Of a DNA stretch of 42,614 bases, positions 1-8,801 are shown piece after piece; position 1 is the first letter of the stretch, and each line of letters opens with the position of its first letter. The translations under genes were made by a program, and so were the position numbers. The notes below the pieces were generated by a model, which was not told where the DNA came from, searched no databases, and saw only the letters and a list, made by a program, of their open reading frames with translations. The DNA lies in NCBI GenBank assembly GCA_043810635.1, contig JBDRNY010000076.1, positions 1-42,614 on the forward strand, read 5' to 3'. The stretch comes from Candidatus Micrarchaeota archaeon (GTDB lineage Archaea; Micrarchaeota; Micrarchaeia; Anstonellales; Anstonellaceae).

Positions 1-171
1 CAATGCATCTAACGCTTCCCCGTCATTCAAATCCCCCAGATTTACAAATATTGGGCATTTTCTTCCGGATTTGAGGGTGAAAAAATCTTCGGGAGAATTT
101 GCAATTTTTACGCATTTTCTTGAAAAAAGGAATTTTACAAATTTTTTTTGGGAAAAAGCTGTCTTAGGCAT
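1..171 (-). CDS. pyrE: Orotate phosphoribosyltransferase, N-terminal part (runs off the window)
   Basis: Manual translation from ATG at 171 gives MPKTAFSQKKFVKFLFSRKCVKIANSPEDFFTLKSGRKCPIFVNLG; FTLKSGRxxPxFxN is the PyrE N-terminal motif. Confidence 0.85.
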   Translation of the reverse strand, partial: MPKTAFSQKKFVKFLFSRKCVKIANSPEDFFTLKSGRKCPIFVNLGDLNDGEALDAL

Positions 172-273
172 GATATAATATGAAATTTGAAGAATATAAA
201 TATGACAGAGCAGTGGAAAACTACCCTGTGCATGCTTAAAAACTGCCAATGAGCAAGAGAAATAGGTGCTAAA

Positions 274-450
274 ATGGAGCCAACACTTGATATGATTTAT
301 GATGAGCTGAAGAGCATAAAAAAGAAGCTTAATGTAGTTGAACATGCGATAATACCGACGGAAAAACTCAGTGCAGCCGAGCTTGAGAAGCATAAAAAAG
401 ACCTAAAAGATGCGCTTTATGGGGAAAAAACTAATTTTAGAAACCTTTGA
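274..450 (+). CDS. Putative antitoxin (58 aa) of a RelE module
   Basis: Manual translation MEPTLDMIYDELKSIKKKLNVVEHAIIPTEKLSAAELEKHKKDLKDALYGEKTNFRNL; AGGTG RBS upstream; stop overlaps the start of the RelE-like ORF. Confidence 0.7.
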   Translation: MEPTLDMIYDELKSIKKKLNVVEHAIIPTEKLSAAELEKHKKDLKDALYGEKTNFRNL

Positions 451-731
451 GGCAAGATAAGATGTTTGAGGTTGAAGTGGGCAAAAAGCCTGGCAAAAAT
501 ATCAAAAAGATGGATGAAAAAACACGCAAGAAAATTTATTCTGTTTTTGAAACACTTGAAATGAACCCCTGGCCTGCAAGAGATTATGACTTGTCTAAAA
601 TAGAGGGATTGGAAGATTGTTTTAGAATAAGAGTCGGGAAGTACAGAATCAATTATCATGTTAATACGGATTTGAGAAAGATAACAGTATACCGAATTGA
701 AAGAAAAAAAGAGAGGGCATCTAAAGGATGA
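447..731 (+). CDS. RelE/ParE-family toxin
   Basis: 94-aa basic protein with KIEGLEDCFRIRVGKYRINY, a RelE signature; true start may be ATG 462. Confidence 0.88.
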   Translation: MRQDKMFEVEVGKKPGKNIKKMDEKTRKKIYSVFETLEMNPWPARDYDLSKIEGLEDCFRIRVGKYRINYHVNTDLRKITVYRIERKKERASKG

Positions 732-806
732 TTAAACACTTGACAAAAGAGAGTAAGCTGCTAATTTGTATCCTAAAAAGAAAATTGCTTTAGTTCAATA
801 TTATCT

Positions 807-1322
807 TTACAAAGTGTCTGGATTTCTGAAGATAGGATCATTCTTATGATTTGGACGAGGTTTTACCACATTAATACAGGTTGCGCGAAGATTTGGTTGT
901 TTAGTACTATTTATTGGAAGATTCCGATCTGAATTACTATTTTGAACAAGATATATTTTTGCATCATTTTCTTTTGCATATTTTAATGCATCAGAAAGAT
1001 ATTCTCGTCCGAATCCTTTGAGAAGCATTGATTTCTCATTTGTTTCGTCTTTTTTGTTTATTGGTTCCAACATAGGACCAAAACCGGAGGAGGATAACAT
1101 AGTTGGATCTTTTCTCATCTCCTCATAGGCTTCTATCTCAAGACTAGTGTACGCCCTAGCACTACCAAAGGAGGCAGCCAATACACTGGGGTCTTTTTTC
1201 ATCTTCTCATAGGCTTCCATCTCAAGTGCAGTAATAGCCCTACTACCAGCAAAGGAGACAGATAATGGAACAGATGTTTTTTTCTCAGTTTCTTTCTTAA
1301 TTTCTTTTTGCATAAATATCAC
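807..1322 (-). CDS. Hypothetical protein with a 28-aa internal tandem duplication
   Basis: ORF track; SFAGSRAITALEMEAYEKMKKDPSVLAA / SFGSARAYTSLEIEAYEEMRKDPTMLSS; start probably ATG at 1313. Confidence 0.65.
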   Translation of the reverse strand: MIFMQKEIKKETEKKTSVPLSVSFAGSRAITALEMEAYEKMKKDPSVLAASFGSARAYTSLEIEAYEEMRKDPTMLSSSGFGPMLEPINKKDETNEKSMLLKGFGREYLSDALKYAKENDAKIYLVQNSNSDRNLPINSTKQPNLRATCINVVKPRPNHKNDPIFRNPDTL

Positions 1323-1373
1323 GTTTGTTGTAAAAAAATAGGGAATATGGATAATATAAGCGTTTGTATTCCA

Positions 1374-2240
1374 TTAAATCAAACAATAGCCCGCCAATTT
1401 GTATGCTAATTTTGCGCATGTAAAATCTGAATATATTTGCCCCTCAATAGGTGCTAATTCCACTATATCTGCCCCTATTACATTTTTCTTAGAGCATACT
1501 TTTCTTAACAAGGAAAGGGTTTCATGCCATCCAAGCCCTCCCGGCTCGGGGGTGCCTACGGCAGGCATTATTGAGGGGTCAAATCCGTCAACATCAATTG
1601 TAATATACACATATTTGCTTTTTATTTTTGAAATTATTTTATTTATTACTTCTTCATTTAATTTCGGGCCGAATATTGCATCAAAATATTTGTTTTTTAT
1701 CAATTCAGCCTCTTCTATGCAATAGCTCCTTATTCCGACTGAAACTACCGGGGCAATTTCCCTTACCCTTGACATGACACATGCATGGTTGAATTTTGAA
1801 TTTTCATATTCGTCCCTCATGTCTGCATGTGCATCTATTTGCAATACGCACAAATCTTCAAATTTTTCTTTTGCTGCCTTCACTGCGCCAAGGGAAATTG
1901 AATGCTCCCCTCCGAATATTATAGGGAATTTATTATTTTTCAATATTTTGGATGTTTCTTTTTGCAATAAATCTATTGCCTCCTCCGGCCCTAAATTTCC
2001 GCATTTGAGGGGAGGAAGAGTGTGGAAGCCGATTTCATCAATAAAATCTTTTTCTAATTCAATGTCATATGTTTCCACCTGCTGGGAAGCGTCAATAATT
2101 GCCTTGGGTGCTTTTGCCTGGCCCTTTATGTAAGTGGATGTGCCTTCATAGGGCATTTGCAATATTGCAACTTTTGATTTTTCATATGGATATTGAAAGC
2201 CCATAAATGCGGATGAATTATCAACACTGGAGGAGTTCAT
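1374..2240 (-). CDS. speB: Agmatinase
   Basis: Ureohydrolase motifs GGEHSIS, DAHADMR, DVDGFDPS, GTPEPGG. Confidence 0.93.
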   Translation of the reverse strand: MNSSSVDNSSAFMGFQYPYEKSKVAILQMPYEGTSTYIKGQAKAPKAIIDASQQVETYDIELEKDFIDEIGFHTLPPLKCGNLGPEEAIDLLQKETSKILKNNKFPIIFGGEHSISLGAVKAAKEKFEDLCVLQIDAHADMRDEYENSKFNHACVMSRVREIAPVVSVGIRSYCIEEAELIKNKYFDAIFGPKLNEEVINKIISKIKSKYVYITIDVDGFDPSIMPAVGTPEPGGLGWHETLSLLRKVCSKKNVIGADIVELAPIEGQIYSDFTCAKLAYKLAGYCLI

Positions 2241-2289
2241 GAATAAATTTATAAGAAGGGGAATTTAAAGATAGCAATTATTTTAAATA

Positions 2290-2338
2290 TTAACATGGTA
2301 TTAATATCGTATTAATATTATGTTAAGGTGGTATTAAT
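2290..2338. promoter_or_regulatory. Putative antitoxin operator upstream of the TA pair
   Basis: TTAACAT (2290-2296) and ATGTTAA (2320-2326) form an inverted repeat enclosing two TATTAATA palindromes; GTATTAAT occurs at 2298, 2309 and 2331. Confidence 0.55.
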
Positions 2339-2573
2339 GGTGTATGCAGTGATAGACATCTCGGAAGAGGCGAACAGAATACTGAATATAATAAAGGCAA
2401 AATATGATTTGAAAAACAAATCCCAGGCAATAAATGTGGTTGCCCATAAGTACGGAAAAGAGCTTTTAGAGCCGGAATTAAGGCCTGAATATGTGAAAAA
2501 GCTGAAGAAAATAATGAAGGAGAAGCCGATAGTATACAAATCCCTTGAAGACATGCGCAGGAGGCACGAGTAA
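2337..2573 (+). CDS. Antitoxin, DUF2683-like (predicted ribbon-helix-helix)
   Basis: MVYAVIDISEEANRILNIIKAKYDLKNKSQAIN; directly precedes a RelE-like toxin; paralog at 38342-38593. Confidence 0.8.
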   Translation: MVYAVIDISEEANRILNIIKAKYDLKNKSQAINVVAHKYGKELLEPELRPEYVKKLKKIMKEKPIVYKSLEDMRRRHE

Positions 2574-2837
2574 ATGTATTCTCCAGCAAACAGCCCCCAC
2601 CTGGATAAAAAGCTAAGGAAGATTCTCAAAAAAGACAAAAAGCAGTATGAACGCATTTACAAGAAAATGGGGGAAATTTTGAAAAACCCGCATACATACA
2701 AGCCATTGGGGAATATTTTGTATGGATTGCGGGCAGTTCATCTTGATCCCTTTGTTCTTACATTCTCAATTAATGAGAAAACAAAGATTGTAGTATTTGA
2801 AGACTTTGACCATCATGACAAGATTTATAGAAACTAA
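2574..2837 (+). CDS. RelE/StbE(YafQ)-family mRNA interferase toxin
   Basis: 87-aa basic protein with YKPLGNILYGLRAVHL and FEDFDHHDKIY. Confidence 0.85.
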   Translation: MYSPANSPHLDKKLRKILKKDKKQYERIYKKMGEILKNPHTYKPLGNILYGLRAVHLDPFVLTFSINEKTKIVVFEDFDHHDKIYRN

Positions 2838-2852
2838 GAGAGAAATGAGTTT

Positions 2853-3752
2853 GTGGGGAGTGAAAAGAAAATGCAATTTACAGGCAAATTGAAGGCATGG
2901 CTCAGGCTGGTTAGAATTGAGCATGCAATAATTTCTGCATTCGGAGTGCTTGTTGGATTAATGCTTGCATCAAAAGCAGGATTTGATATAAGCATGCAAA
3001 ATTTGGCATTTGCATTGCTTGTTCCTATTTTTGTAAATATAGGCGCATTTGCTTTTAATGATTATTTTGATGTAGAAGTGGATAAAGAAAATAAAAGAAA
3101 GGAAAGGCCTCTTGTAAGCGGGGAATTGGGGGAAAATGTTGCAATTTGTACTGGAATTGGGGGGTTGGCTTTGGGTTCAATTTTGGGATGGATGATTAAT
3201 TTTAATGCTGGGGTTGTTGCAAGCATATTTGCAATCCTTTCCCTTTTGTATAATTGGAAATTGAAAGATATTGCAATTTTGGGAAATTTGTTTGTTGCTA
3301 TTTCAATGGCAATTGCATTCTTATTCGGTGCTGTTGCGGCAGGCATGGAATTTGCAAATATTGGATATAGTGTGTGGATTTTGTGCGCAGGCGCAACAAT
3401 TGCAGGGTTTGGAAGGGAAATTATCAAAACTGTGCAAGATATGGAGGGAGATAGGAAGGTGCGGGGGAGTAAGAGTTTGCCCCATATGATTGGAAAAAGA
3501 AATTCCCTTCTTCTGGCTTCTGCATGCTTTATTTTATTTTGCTTGACAGTACCTGCATTAGTAATTTATTCAGATGAATTGAATTGGAATACGCTTTCCC
3601 TCGGCTTGCTTGGGATTTCATTTTTTGCATTTTTAACTATGGCATATATGGTTGTTGCAAAGAAAGGGGAGGAAGTATATGAAAGAGTGAGAAAAATAAG
3701 TTTGATTTCATTAGGAATTGCGCTTGCAGCAATTATTTTAGCCTGCATATGA
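2853..3752 (+). CDS. UbiA-family prenyltransferase, probable digeranylgeranylglyceryl phosphate synthase
   Basis: NDYFDVEVDKENKRKERPLVSG and REIIKTVQDMEGD motifs; multiple transmembrane helices. Confidence 0.85.
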   Translation: MGSEKKMQFTGKLKAWLRLVRIEHAIISAFGVLVGLMLASKAGFDISMQNLAFALLVPIFVNIGAFAFNDYFDVEVDKENKRKERPLVSGELGENVAICTGIGGLALGSILGWMINFNAGVVASIFAILSLLYNWKLKDIAILGNLFVAISMAIAFLFGAVAAGMEFANIGYSVWILCAGATIAGFGREIIKTVQDMEGDRKVRGSKSLPHMIGKRNSLLLASACFILFCLTVPALVIYSDELNWNTLSLGLLGISFFAFLTMAYMVVAKKGEEVYERVRKISLISLGIALAAIILACI

Positions 3753-3763
3753 AAGGTGGAAAT

Positions 3764-4645
3764 ATGGATGTAATTAAAAAAACAGATTTGCCCCTTAAAA
3801 AAATATCAACAGGAAAAGTAAGGGAAATGTATGAATTGGAAAATGATTTGCTTATGATAGCGACAGACAGATTAAGCGCATTTGATGTTGTATTTAATGA
3901 GGGAATTCCTTACAAAGGGGCCGTGCTTACTGAAATTTCATATTTTTGGTTTGATTATTTGACAAAGGATGTGAAAAACCATTTGCTTATATTAAATTTG
4001 CCTCCTGAATTAAAAGGAAGAGGGGAAAATTTGGAAAGAAGGGCGATGAGGGTGAAAATAGCAAAGCCTGTTATGCTTGAATGTGTGGTGAGGGGGTATT
4101 TGGCTGGAAGCGGATGGAAAGAATATCAGAAAAAGCAGAGTGTGTGCGGCATTAAATTGGATTCCGGGCTGGAGCAGGCAGATAAATTGCCTGAAGCAAT
4201 ATTTACTCCTTCTACAAAAGCCGAGAAAGGAATGCATGACGAGAATGTGGGCAAGGAGGAGGCGAGAAAAATTATTGGAAAAGATGTTTATGAGGAGGTG
4301 GAGGAGAAAAGCCTGCAAATTTATGAAAAAGCTGCAAAATATGCTGAAGAAAAGGGAATAATTTTGGCAGATACTAAATTTGAATTCGGGATGCATAAAG
4401 GGGAGATTATATTGATAGATGAAGTGCTTACTCCGGATTCATCAAGATATTGGCCGAAAGAGAGCTATGAAGTTGGAAAAAGCCCGCCCTCTTTTGACAA
4501 GCAGTATGTAAGGGATTATTTGGAAAAAATTGGGTGGGATAAAAAACCTCCTGCTCCGAAATTGGCAGAAGAGGTAATAAAAAATACAAGCGAGAAATAT
4601 ATTGAATGCTATGAAAAGATTGTTGGAAAAAAGTTTGAAAGGTGA
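3764..4645 (+). CDS. purC: SAICAR synthetase
   Basis: GKVREMYE, TDRLSAFD, ECVVRGYLAGS, ADTKFEFG, DEVLTPDSSRYW; RBS GGTGG before ATG 3764. Confidence 0.96.
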   Translation: MDVIKKTDLPLKKISTGKVREMYELENDLLMIATDRLSAFDVVFNEGIPYKGAVLTEISYFWFDYLTKDVKNHLLILNLPPELKGRGENLERRAMRVKIAKPVMLECVVRGYLAGSGWKEYQKKQSVCGIKLDSGLEQADKLPEAIFTPSTKAEKGMHDENVGKEEARKIIGKDVYEEVEEKSLQIYEKAAKYAEEKGIILADTKFEFGMHKGEIILIDEVLTPDSSRYWPKESYEVGKSPPSFDKQYVRDYLEKIGWDKKPPAPKLAEEVIKNTSEKYIECYEKIVGKKFER

Positions 4646-4649
4646 GTGA

Positions 4650-5060
4650 ATGGAAGATGTTTTGGTGTTGATTGGAAGCAAGAGTGATGAAGAAAAAGCT
4701 GGGAAGTGTATGCAAGTGCTGGAGGAGTATGGGGTAAAGGCAAAATTGGAAATTGCGTCTGCACACAGAACTCCTGAAAAAGTTGATGAATTGGTAAAAA
4801 ATTCAAATGCAAAAGTGTTTATTGCAATGGCAGGATTAAGTGCTGCATTGCCCGGAGTGGTTGCATCAAAAACAAAAAAGCCGGTTATTGGGGTGCCGCT
4901 GGATGTGAAAATAGGGGGGGTGGATGCATTGCTTGCATCAATGCAAATGCCTTCAGGAGTGCCTGTTGCAACTGTTGGAATTGACAATGCAAAAAATGCA
5001 GCATATTTGGCAATAAGAATACTTGCTTTGCAGGATAAAGAATTGGAAGGAAAATTGTAA
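4650..5060 (+). CDS. purE: AIR carboxylase / N5-CAIR mutase
   Basis: GSKSD, SAHRTP, LPGVVAS, PVIGVP, QMPSGVPVATVGIDNAKNAA. Confidence 0.93.
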   Translation: MEDVLVLIGSKSDEEKAGKCMQVLEEYGVKAKLEIASAHRTPEKVDELVKNSNAKVFIAMAGLSAALPGVVASKTKKPVIGVPLDVKIGGVDALLASMQMPSGVPVATVGIDNAKNAAYLAIRILALQDKELEGKL

Positions 5061-5071
5061 GGAGTGAATTG

Positions 5072-5953
5072 ATGGGAAAAACATTTTCTGTTTTATTTGC
5101 CTTTCTTCTTTTGCTTATTTCATTTTCTTTTTCTCAAATTTTTACAAATGAGCCTGTTGTTGGGGAGGAATTGCAAATTTTGATTGAAGGGGGAGGGAAT
5201 GAAAGTGTTGTATTGGTTAAGCCGGACGGGGAAAGAATTGAAATTTATTTGGAAGAGGGGCAGGCAGAATATAAAGTGAATATGGGGGGAAGATGGATAA
5301 TTGAATTTAATGGGGAGAGAAAAGAAGTATATGCTGAGGGGAATGGAAGCGGCGGGAAAGGTGTGGAGGGGAATGAAGAAACTACTAATGCTGTTTTTTT
5401 GCTTGCAATTCTATTGCTTACATCTGTTCTGATTGTAATTATGGTTCTTTCGGCTGCGGGCGCGATAAGCGTTGCATTCCCGTTTGCGCCGAGAAGGGGG
5501 GTAGAGCTTTGCAAAATAAGGGAGAGCGGAATTGTAAAAGTGAAACTGCGGGTCGGAAGCAGGCCGGTTAAAAAAGTGAAATTAGAGGATGAGGTGGGGT
5601 GTGAATGGAAAGAGGATAATTTGAAGATGCATGCTGAAAAATTAAAAGCATTTGAATGTTTGGAAATGAAATATGAATATTCGGGGCCGGTTGGAAAAGT
5701 GAAAGCGCATTGGCATGAAGAAGGGGAAAAGAAAACACTTGAAACAGGGGAAGGGAGGGTAAGGCATCCGGGAAAAAAAGCGGAAGGAAAAAAAGGCAGA
5801 AAAGATGAAAAGAAAGCGGAAGGCGGGGGAGAAAAGAAATTTTTAAGGAAAGGGGGCGAAGGAGGGAAGGCAAATATTGGCGGAAAAGAATGCGGAAAAA
5901 AGAAATTTTTAAGGAAAGGGGGGAAGAAAAGAAAGCTTTCACGGGAAATATAA
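5072..5953 (+). CDS. Hypothetical membrane-anchored protein (signal peptide, one TM helix, Lys/Gly-rich tail)
   Basis: Hydrophobic N-terminus, central TM segment, KKFLRKGG repeated twice near the C-terminus. Confidence 0.7.
   Translation: MGKTFSVLFAFLLLLISFSFSQIFTNEPVVGEELQILIEGGGNESVVLVKPDGERIEIYLEEGQAEYKVNMGGRWIIEFNGERKEVYAEGNGSGGKGVEGNEETTNAVFLLAILLLTSVLIVIMVLSAAGAISVAFPFAPRRGVELCKIRESGIVKVKLRVGSRPVKKVKLEDEVGCEWKEDNLKMHAEKLKAFECLEMKYEYSGPVGKVKAHWHEEGEKKTLETGEGRVRHPGKKAEGKKGRKDEKKAEGGGEKKFLRKGGEGGKANIGGKECGKKKFLRKGGKKRKLSREI
5832..5922 (+). repeat. 25-bp direct repeat with a 66-bp period, inside a CDS
   Basis: AAAAGAAATTTTTAAGGAAAGGGGG at 5832-5856 and 5898-5922. Confidence 0.9.
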
Positions 5954-6406
5954 CTACTTTCTGCACCTGCCGGATTTGTGATAGCGGTGAGGGGGGAATT
6001 TTGTATTCATGAAATAAAGTATTGCCAGCAAAATCAAATCCCATAAAAGGAAAATCCCCAATATTCCATCTGCATTAAGGGTTAGTGAATAGAGGTATAA
6101 TTCAAGCGGGAAGCTTGTAAGCACAAGAACCTGTATGCCTATAAGCGAAAGAAAGAGGATGTATTGGGAATGCTGGACACCCATATGCGCAATATAAAAT
6201 GCGATTGCAAGAAAGATTACTGTTGCGCTGCCCAAAAGCACCGGATCAATAAAAGGAAGAAAATACCATAAAAAAAGCACTGCAAATACGATTGAGCATA
6301 CTTGGGATGCTGCAAGCATGAAAAAAACAAATGCATCATACTTTGCCCTAAAGGAAGGGGTTTGGTCAGTTGGGTCAAGGAATGTGAAGCGCATGCAAAA
6401 CCTCAT
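5954..6406 (-). CDS. Hypothetical membrane protein (about 4 TM helices)
   Basis: Hydrophobic ORF overlapping the rsmA stop codon (ATGA-type coupling). Confidence 0.65.
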   Translation of the reverse strand: MRFCMRFTFLDPTDQTPSFRAKYDAFVFFMLAASQVCSIVFAVLFLWYFLPFIDPVLLGSATVIFLAIAFYIAHMGVQHSQYILFLSLIGIQVLVLTSFPLELYLYSLTLNADGILGIFLLWDLILLAILYFMNTKFPPHRYHKSGRCRK

Positions 6407-7191
6407 TTGCCTCCCGGGAGGGTGCGCGCAATTTCCACAACCTCTTCCGGTGCCAGCATAAATACCTTCCTCTCTTTAAATTTAACCCTTTTGGATGCCT
6501 CTTTCCTTGCTTTTTGCTTGCTCCACCCCCATAATTTCCTGGAATGGAACAAAGCATTCTGCACTGATGCAAGGCGGTGGGAAAAAAGCGCGCTGCTTAC
6601 TTTATCCAAATTTTTAGGAAGCTTTGCGCTTTTCCTCGGAATTAGTTGGACAAGCTGGGAATCCACTTTTGGCGGAGGGTGGAAAAACTCTTTTGAAATT
6701 GGGAAGAGGGGGTTTAGAAGAAAATGCAGTTGGCAAAACGCTGAGAGGCGGCCGTATTTTGAAGTGGAAGAAGGGGCGCATATTCTTTGCACAACCTCTT
6801 TTTGCATGCACAGCACAGCATGCAAAAATTTCATTTTGGATAATTTTACCAATATTTTGGATGTAATGTTATAAGGGATGTTTCCTGCAATAATTTGAGC
6901 AGAGTGGGAATTCGGCAATTTAAGAAAGTCAGAATTGATTATTTTCACTTTCTTATTTTTTGAAAATTTTTTTCTTAAATAATTTGCCCAATAAGAATCT
7001 ATTTCCACCAAAGCAAGGGATTTTGGATTGTATTTTAAGATATTCTGGGAAAGGCGGCCGTCCCCTGCCCCTATTTCAAGCACATCCATATCTTCTGGCT
7101 GGAGAATTTTTGCCTCCTCGTTTAATATGGAATTATTTGCAAGAAAATGCTGCGCTTTTTGTTTTGAAAGAAGATGCTTTTCTGGAAGCAT
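6403..7191 (-). CDS. rsmA: 16S rRNA adenine dimethyltransferase (KsgA/Dim1)
   Basis: QHFL, VLEIGAGDG, GNIPYNIT, QKEV, YGRLS, FHPPPKVDS. Confidence 0.95.
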   Translation of the reverse strand: MLPEKHLLSKQKAQHFLANNSILNEEAKILQPEDMDVLEIGAGDGRLSQNILKYNPKSLALVEIDSYWANYLRKKFSKNKKVKIINSDFLKLPNSHSAQIIAGNIPYNITSKILVKLSKMKFLHAVLCMQKEVVQRICAPSSTSKYGRLSAFCQLHFLLNPLFPISKEFFHPPPKVDSQLVQLIPRKSAKLPKNLDKVSSALFSHRLASVQNALFHSRKLWGWSKQKARKEASKRVKFKERKVFMLAPEEVVEIARTLPGGK

Positions 7192-7787
7192 TAGCGTCGC
7201 CTGTACCCATACCCCCGCTCAGGGCCTTCTTTTTTGGGCGGGCGGGCAAACAAATAATTTTGCACATTGCCTTCAAGCTCTTGGGTTATTCTGCCTACAA
7301 GAATTTGCACTGGGTCGGGGAGAAGAGGGACTCTTGCCCGCAAATCTACAAAGCTTTCAAACGGCTTTTGTTCCCTTGCCTCTAATATTTGCACAAGATG
7401 CTTTTTGCCTATTCCGTGAATCAATTCCAGCTGGTGGAGGCGCACAGACATCGGACCTGCTTTGTTGAAAAATGTAACAAAATCAGCTTCCCTTGAAGTG
7501 ATTATTTTCTTGAGCACGCTCGGCAATTCGGTGCGGGCAGTGGAAGTAAACTCCCTGAATTCTATTCTTTTTCTAATCCTTTCCACTTCAGGCCTTTCCT
7601 CTTTTCCTAAATACACTCTCTGGCTAAATGTAAGCGTAACATCTGGCTTTACAGTAACTTCAAACAATGTGAAATACCTTTCCCCGACAATTTGGGCGAT
7701 AGATTCGGGCGTGCGCTCAGATGAACGGCCTTTGGGAAGAAAATCCGCTACCCACCCATACTCTTCACGTTCTGCAACCATACCCAT
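7191..7787 (-). CDS. DUF655 family putative RNA-binding protein
   Basis: EEYGWVADFLPKGR and RLHQLELIHGIGKK; conserved position between rpoF and rsmA. Confidence 0.9.
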   Translation of the reverse strand: MGMVAEREEYGWVADFLPKGRSSERTPESIAQIVGERYFTLFEVTVKPDVTLTFSQRVYLGKEERPEVERIRKRIEFREFTSTARTELPSVLKKIITSREADFVTFFNKAGPMSVRLHQLELIHGIGKKHLVQILEAREQKPFESFVDLRARVPLLPDPVQILVGRITQELEGNVQNYLFARPPKKEGPERGYGYRRR

Positions 7788-7814
7788 ACCCCAATAATTA
7801 CGCAGGCAATATAT

Positions 7815-8369
7815 TTAACCCGGTGCCTCAGGCTTTTTTCTTTGAAGCTTTTGCTTTTTCCTTTTTGCGCCTGCATCGGATTTTTCCTTTTCTTCCGCTT
7901 TTTTCTTTTTTCCATCATCCCCCTCATCCTCAGGCTCCTTGCCGGCGCTCTCGGCTTTTTTCTCTGCTTTCTCTTCTTCCCCTTCTTCTTTTTCCTTGCC
8001 TTCTTTTTTGGGTGTGGGGGGAGTTATTTGCTTTTCCTTTGCCTTTAAAACAAGCTTTAATATTTTTTCAAATTTTTCATCATCAATAGTTATTTTGTCT
8101 TTTGCCAAAATAACCCGGAGGGTGGATTTGTGTAAAGGAAGAATGTCAACTATTTTTACCACTGCCTGCGGTGTCAGCTCCTCAAATTCAGAAATCTCTT
8201 TTTCAAGCTGTTTTGCATCTTCTTCTTTTAATTTGCAGAATTTGGTTGCATAATCCAGGCATGTTTGCTGCTCATACCCAAAATCAGGCTCTTTTGAGCG
8301 CTCTGAAAGCACTTTTTTTACTTCTGCCAAAGTTACTGGACGCAAATTTTCATGCTTTTTTCCCAACAT
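7815..8369 (-). CDS. rpoF: RNA polymerase subunit Rpo4 (RpoF) with a charged C-terminal extension
   Basis: PVTLAEVKKVL...GYEQQTCLDYATKF...VKIVDILP; operon context. Confidence 0.9.
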   Translation of the reverse strand: MLGKKHENLRPVTLAEVKKVLSERSKEPDFGYEQQTCLDYATKFCKLKEEDAKQLEKEISEFEELTPQAVVKIVDILPLHKSTLRVILAKDKITIDDEKFEKILKLVLKAKEKQITPPTPKKEGKEKEEGEEEKAEKKAESAGKEPEDEGDDGKKKKAEEKEKSDAGAKRKKQKLQRKKPEAPG

Positions 8370-8378
8370 AAAACCACA

Positions 8379-8660
8379 TTATACCTTTAATTTAAGATGA
8401 ACTGCCGGAATTATCAATATTTTTATTGCATTGCCGACTCTTATTTCCACTTCATAAGCATTGCCTCTTTTATTTACAATTTCGCCTGTAAGCCCCCTAA
8501 ATCTTCCATGGGGTGAACCGGAATATTTAATATTTGGCTTTATTGATACAAGAGAGCCGATGCCATATTTTTGCACCAATGCCACTGGAGTAAGTGTTTT
8601 TGAAGATGCTCCGAGGTTGCGAGTGCGCCCTGACATTAATCCTGATGAGTGTTTTACCAT
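8379..8660 (-). CDS. rpl21e: 50S ribosomal protein L21e
   Basis: MVKHSSGLMSGRTR...PHGRFRGLTG...PAVHLK; start taken as ATG 8660. Confidence 0.93.
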   Translation of the reverse strand: MVKHSSGLMSGRTRNLGASSKTLTPVALVQKYGIGSLVSIKPNIKYSGSPHGRFRGLTGEIVNKRGNAYEVEIRVGNAIKILIIPAVHLKLKV

Positions 8661-8753
8661 GAAATACACAAATATATTTAGTCGGTTTATTATATAAAGC
8701 CCAAGCTGGCTAAAACCGCACATCCTATGTATCAGAATTGAAGCGAATGGAGA

Positions 8754-8763
8754 TTTATAAATA
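8754..8763 (+). promoter_or_regulatory. Putative TATA box of tbp
   Basis: TTTATAAATA after a purine-rich stretch, about 50 bp upstream of the tbp start. Confidence 0.45.
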
Positions 8764-8801
8764 TTCCTATTGAAATAATAGTAAGGTTTAAATTCAGCCT
8801 G

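Noticed and set aside
5832..5922. 25-bp direct repeat as a mobile-element footprint
   Set aside because: It is in frame within a low-complexity Lys/Gly tail with no hairpins between the copies; slippage is a sufficient explanation.
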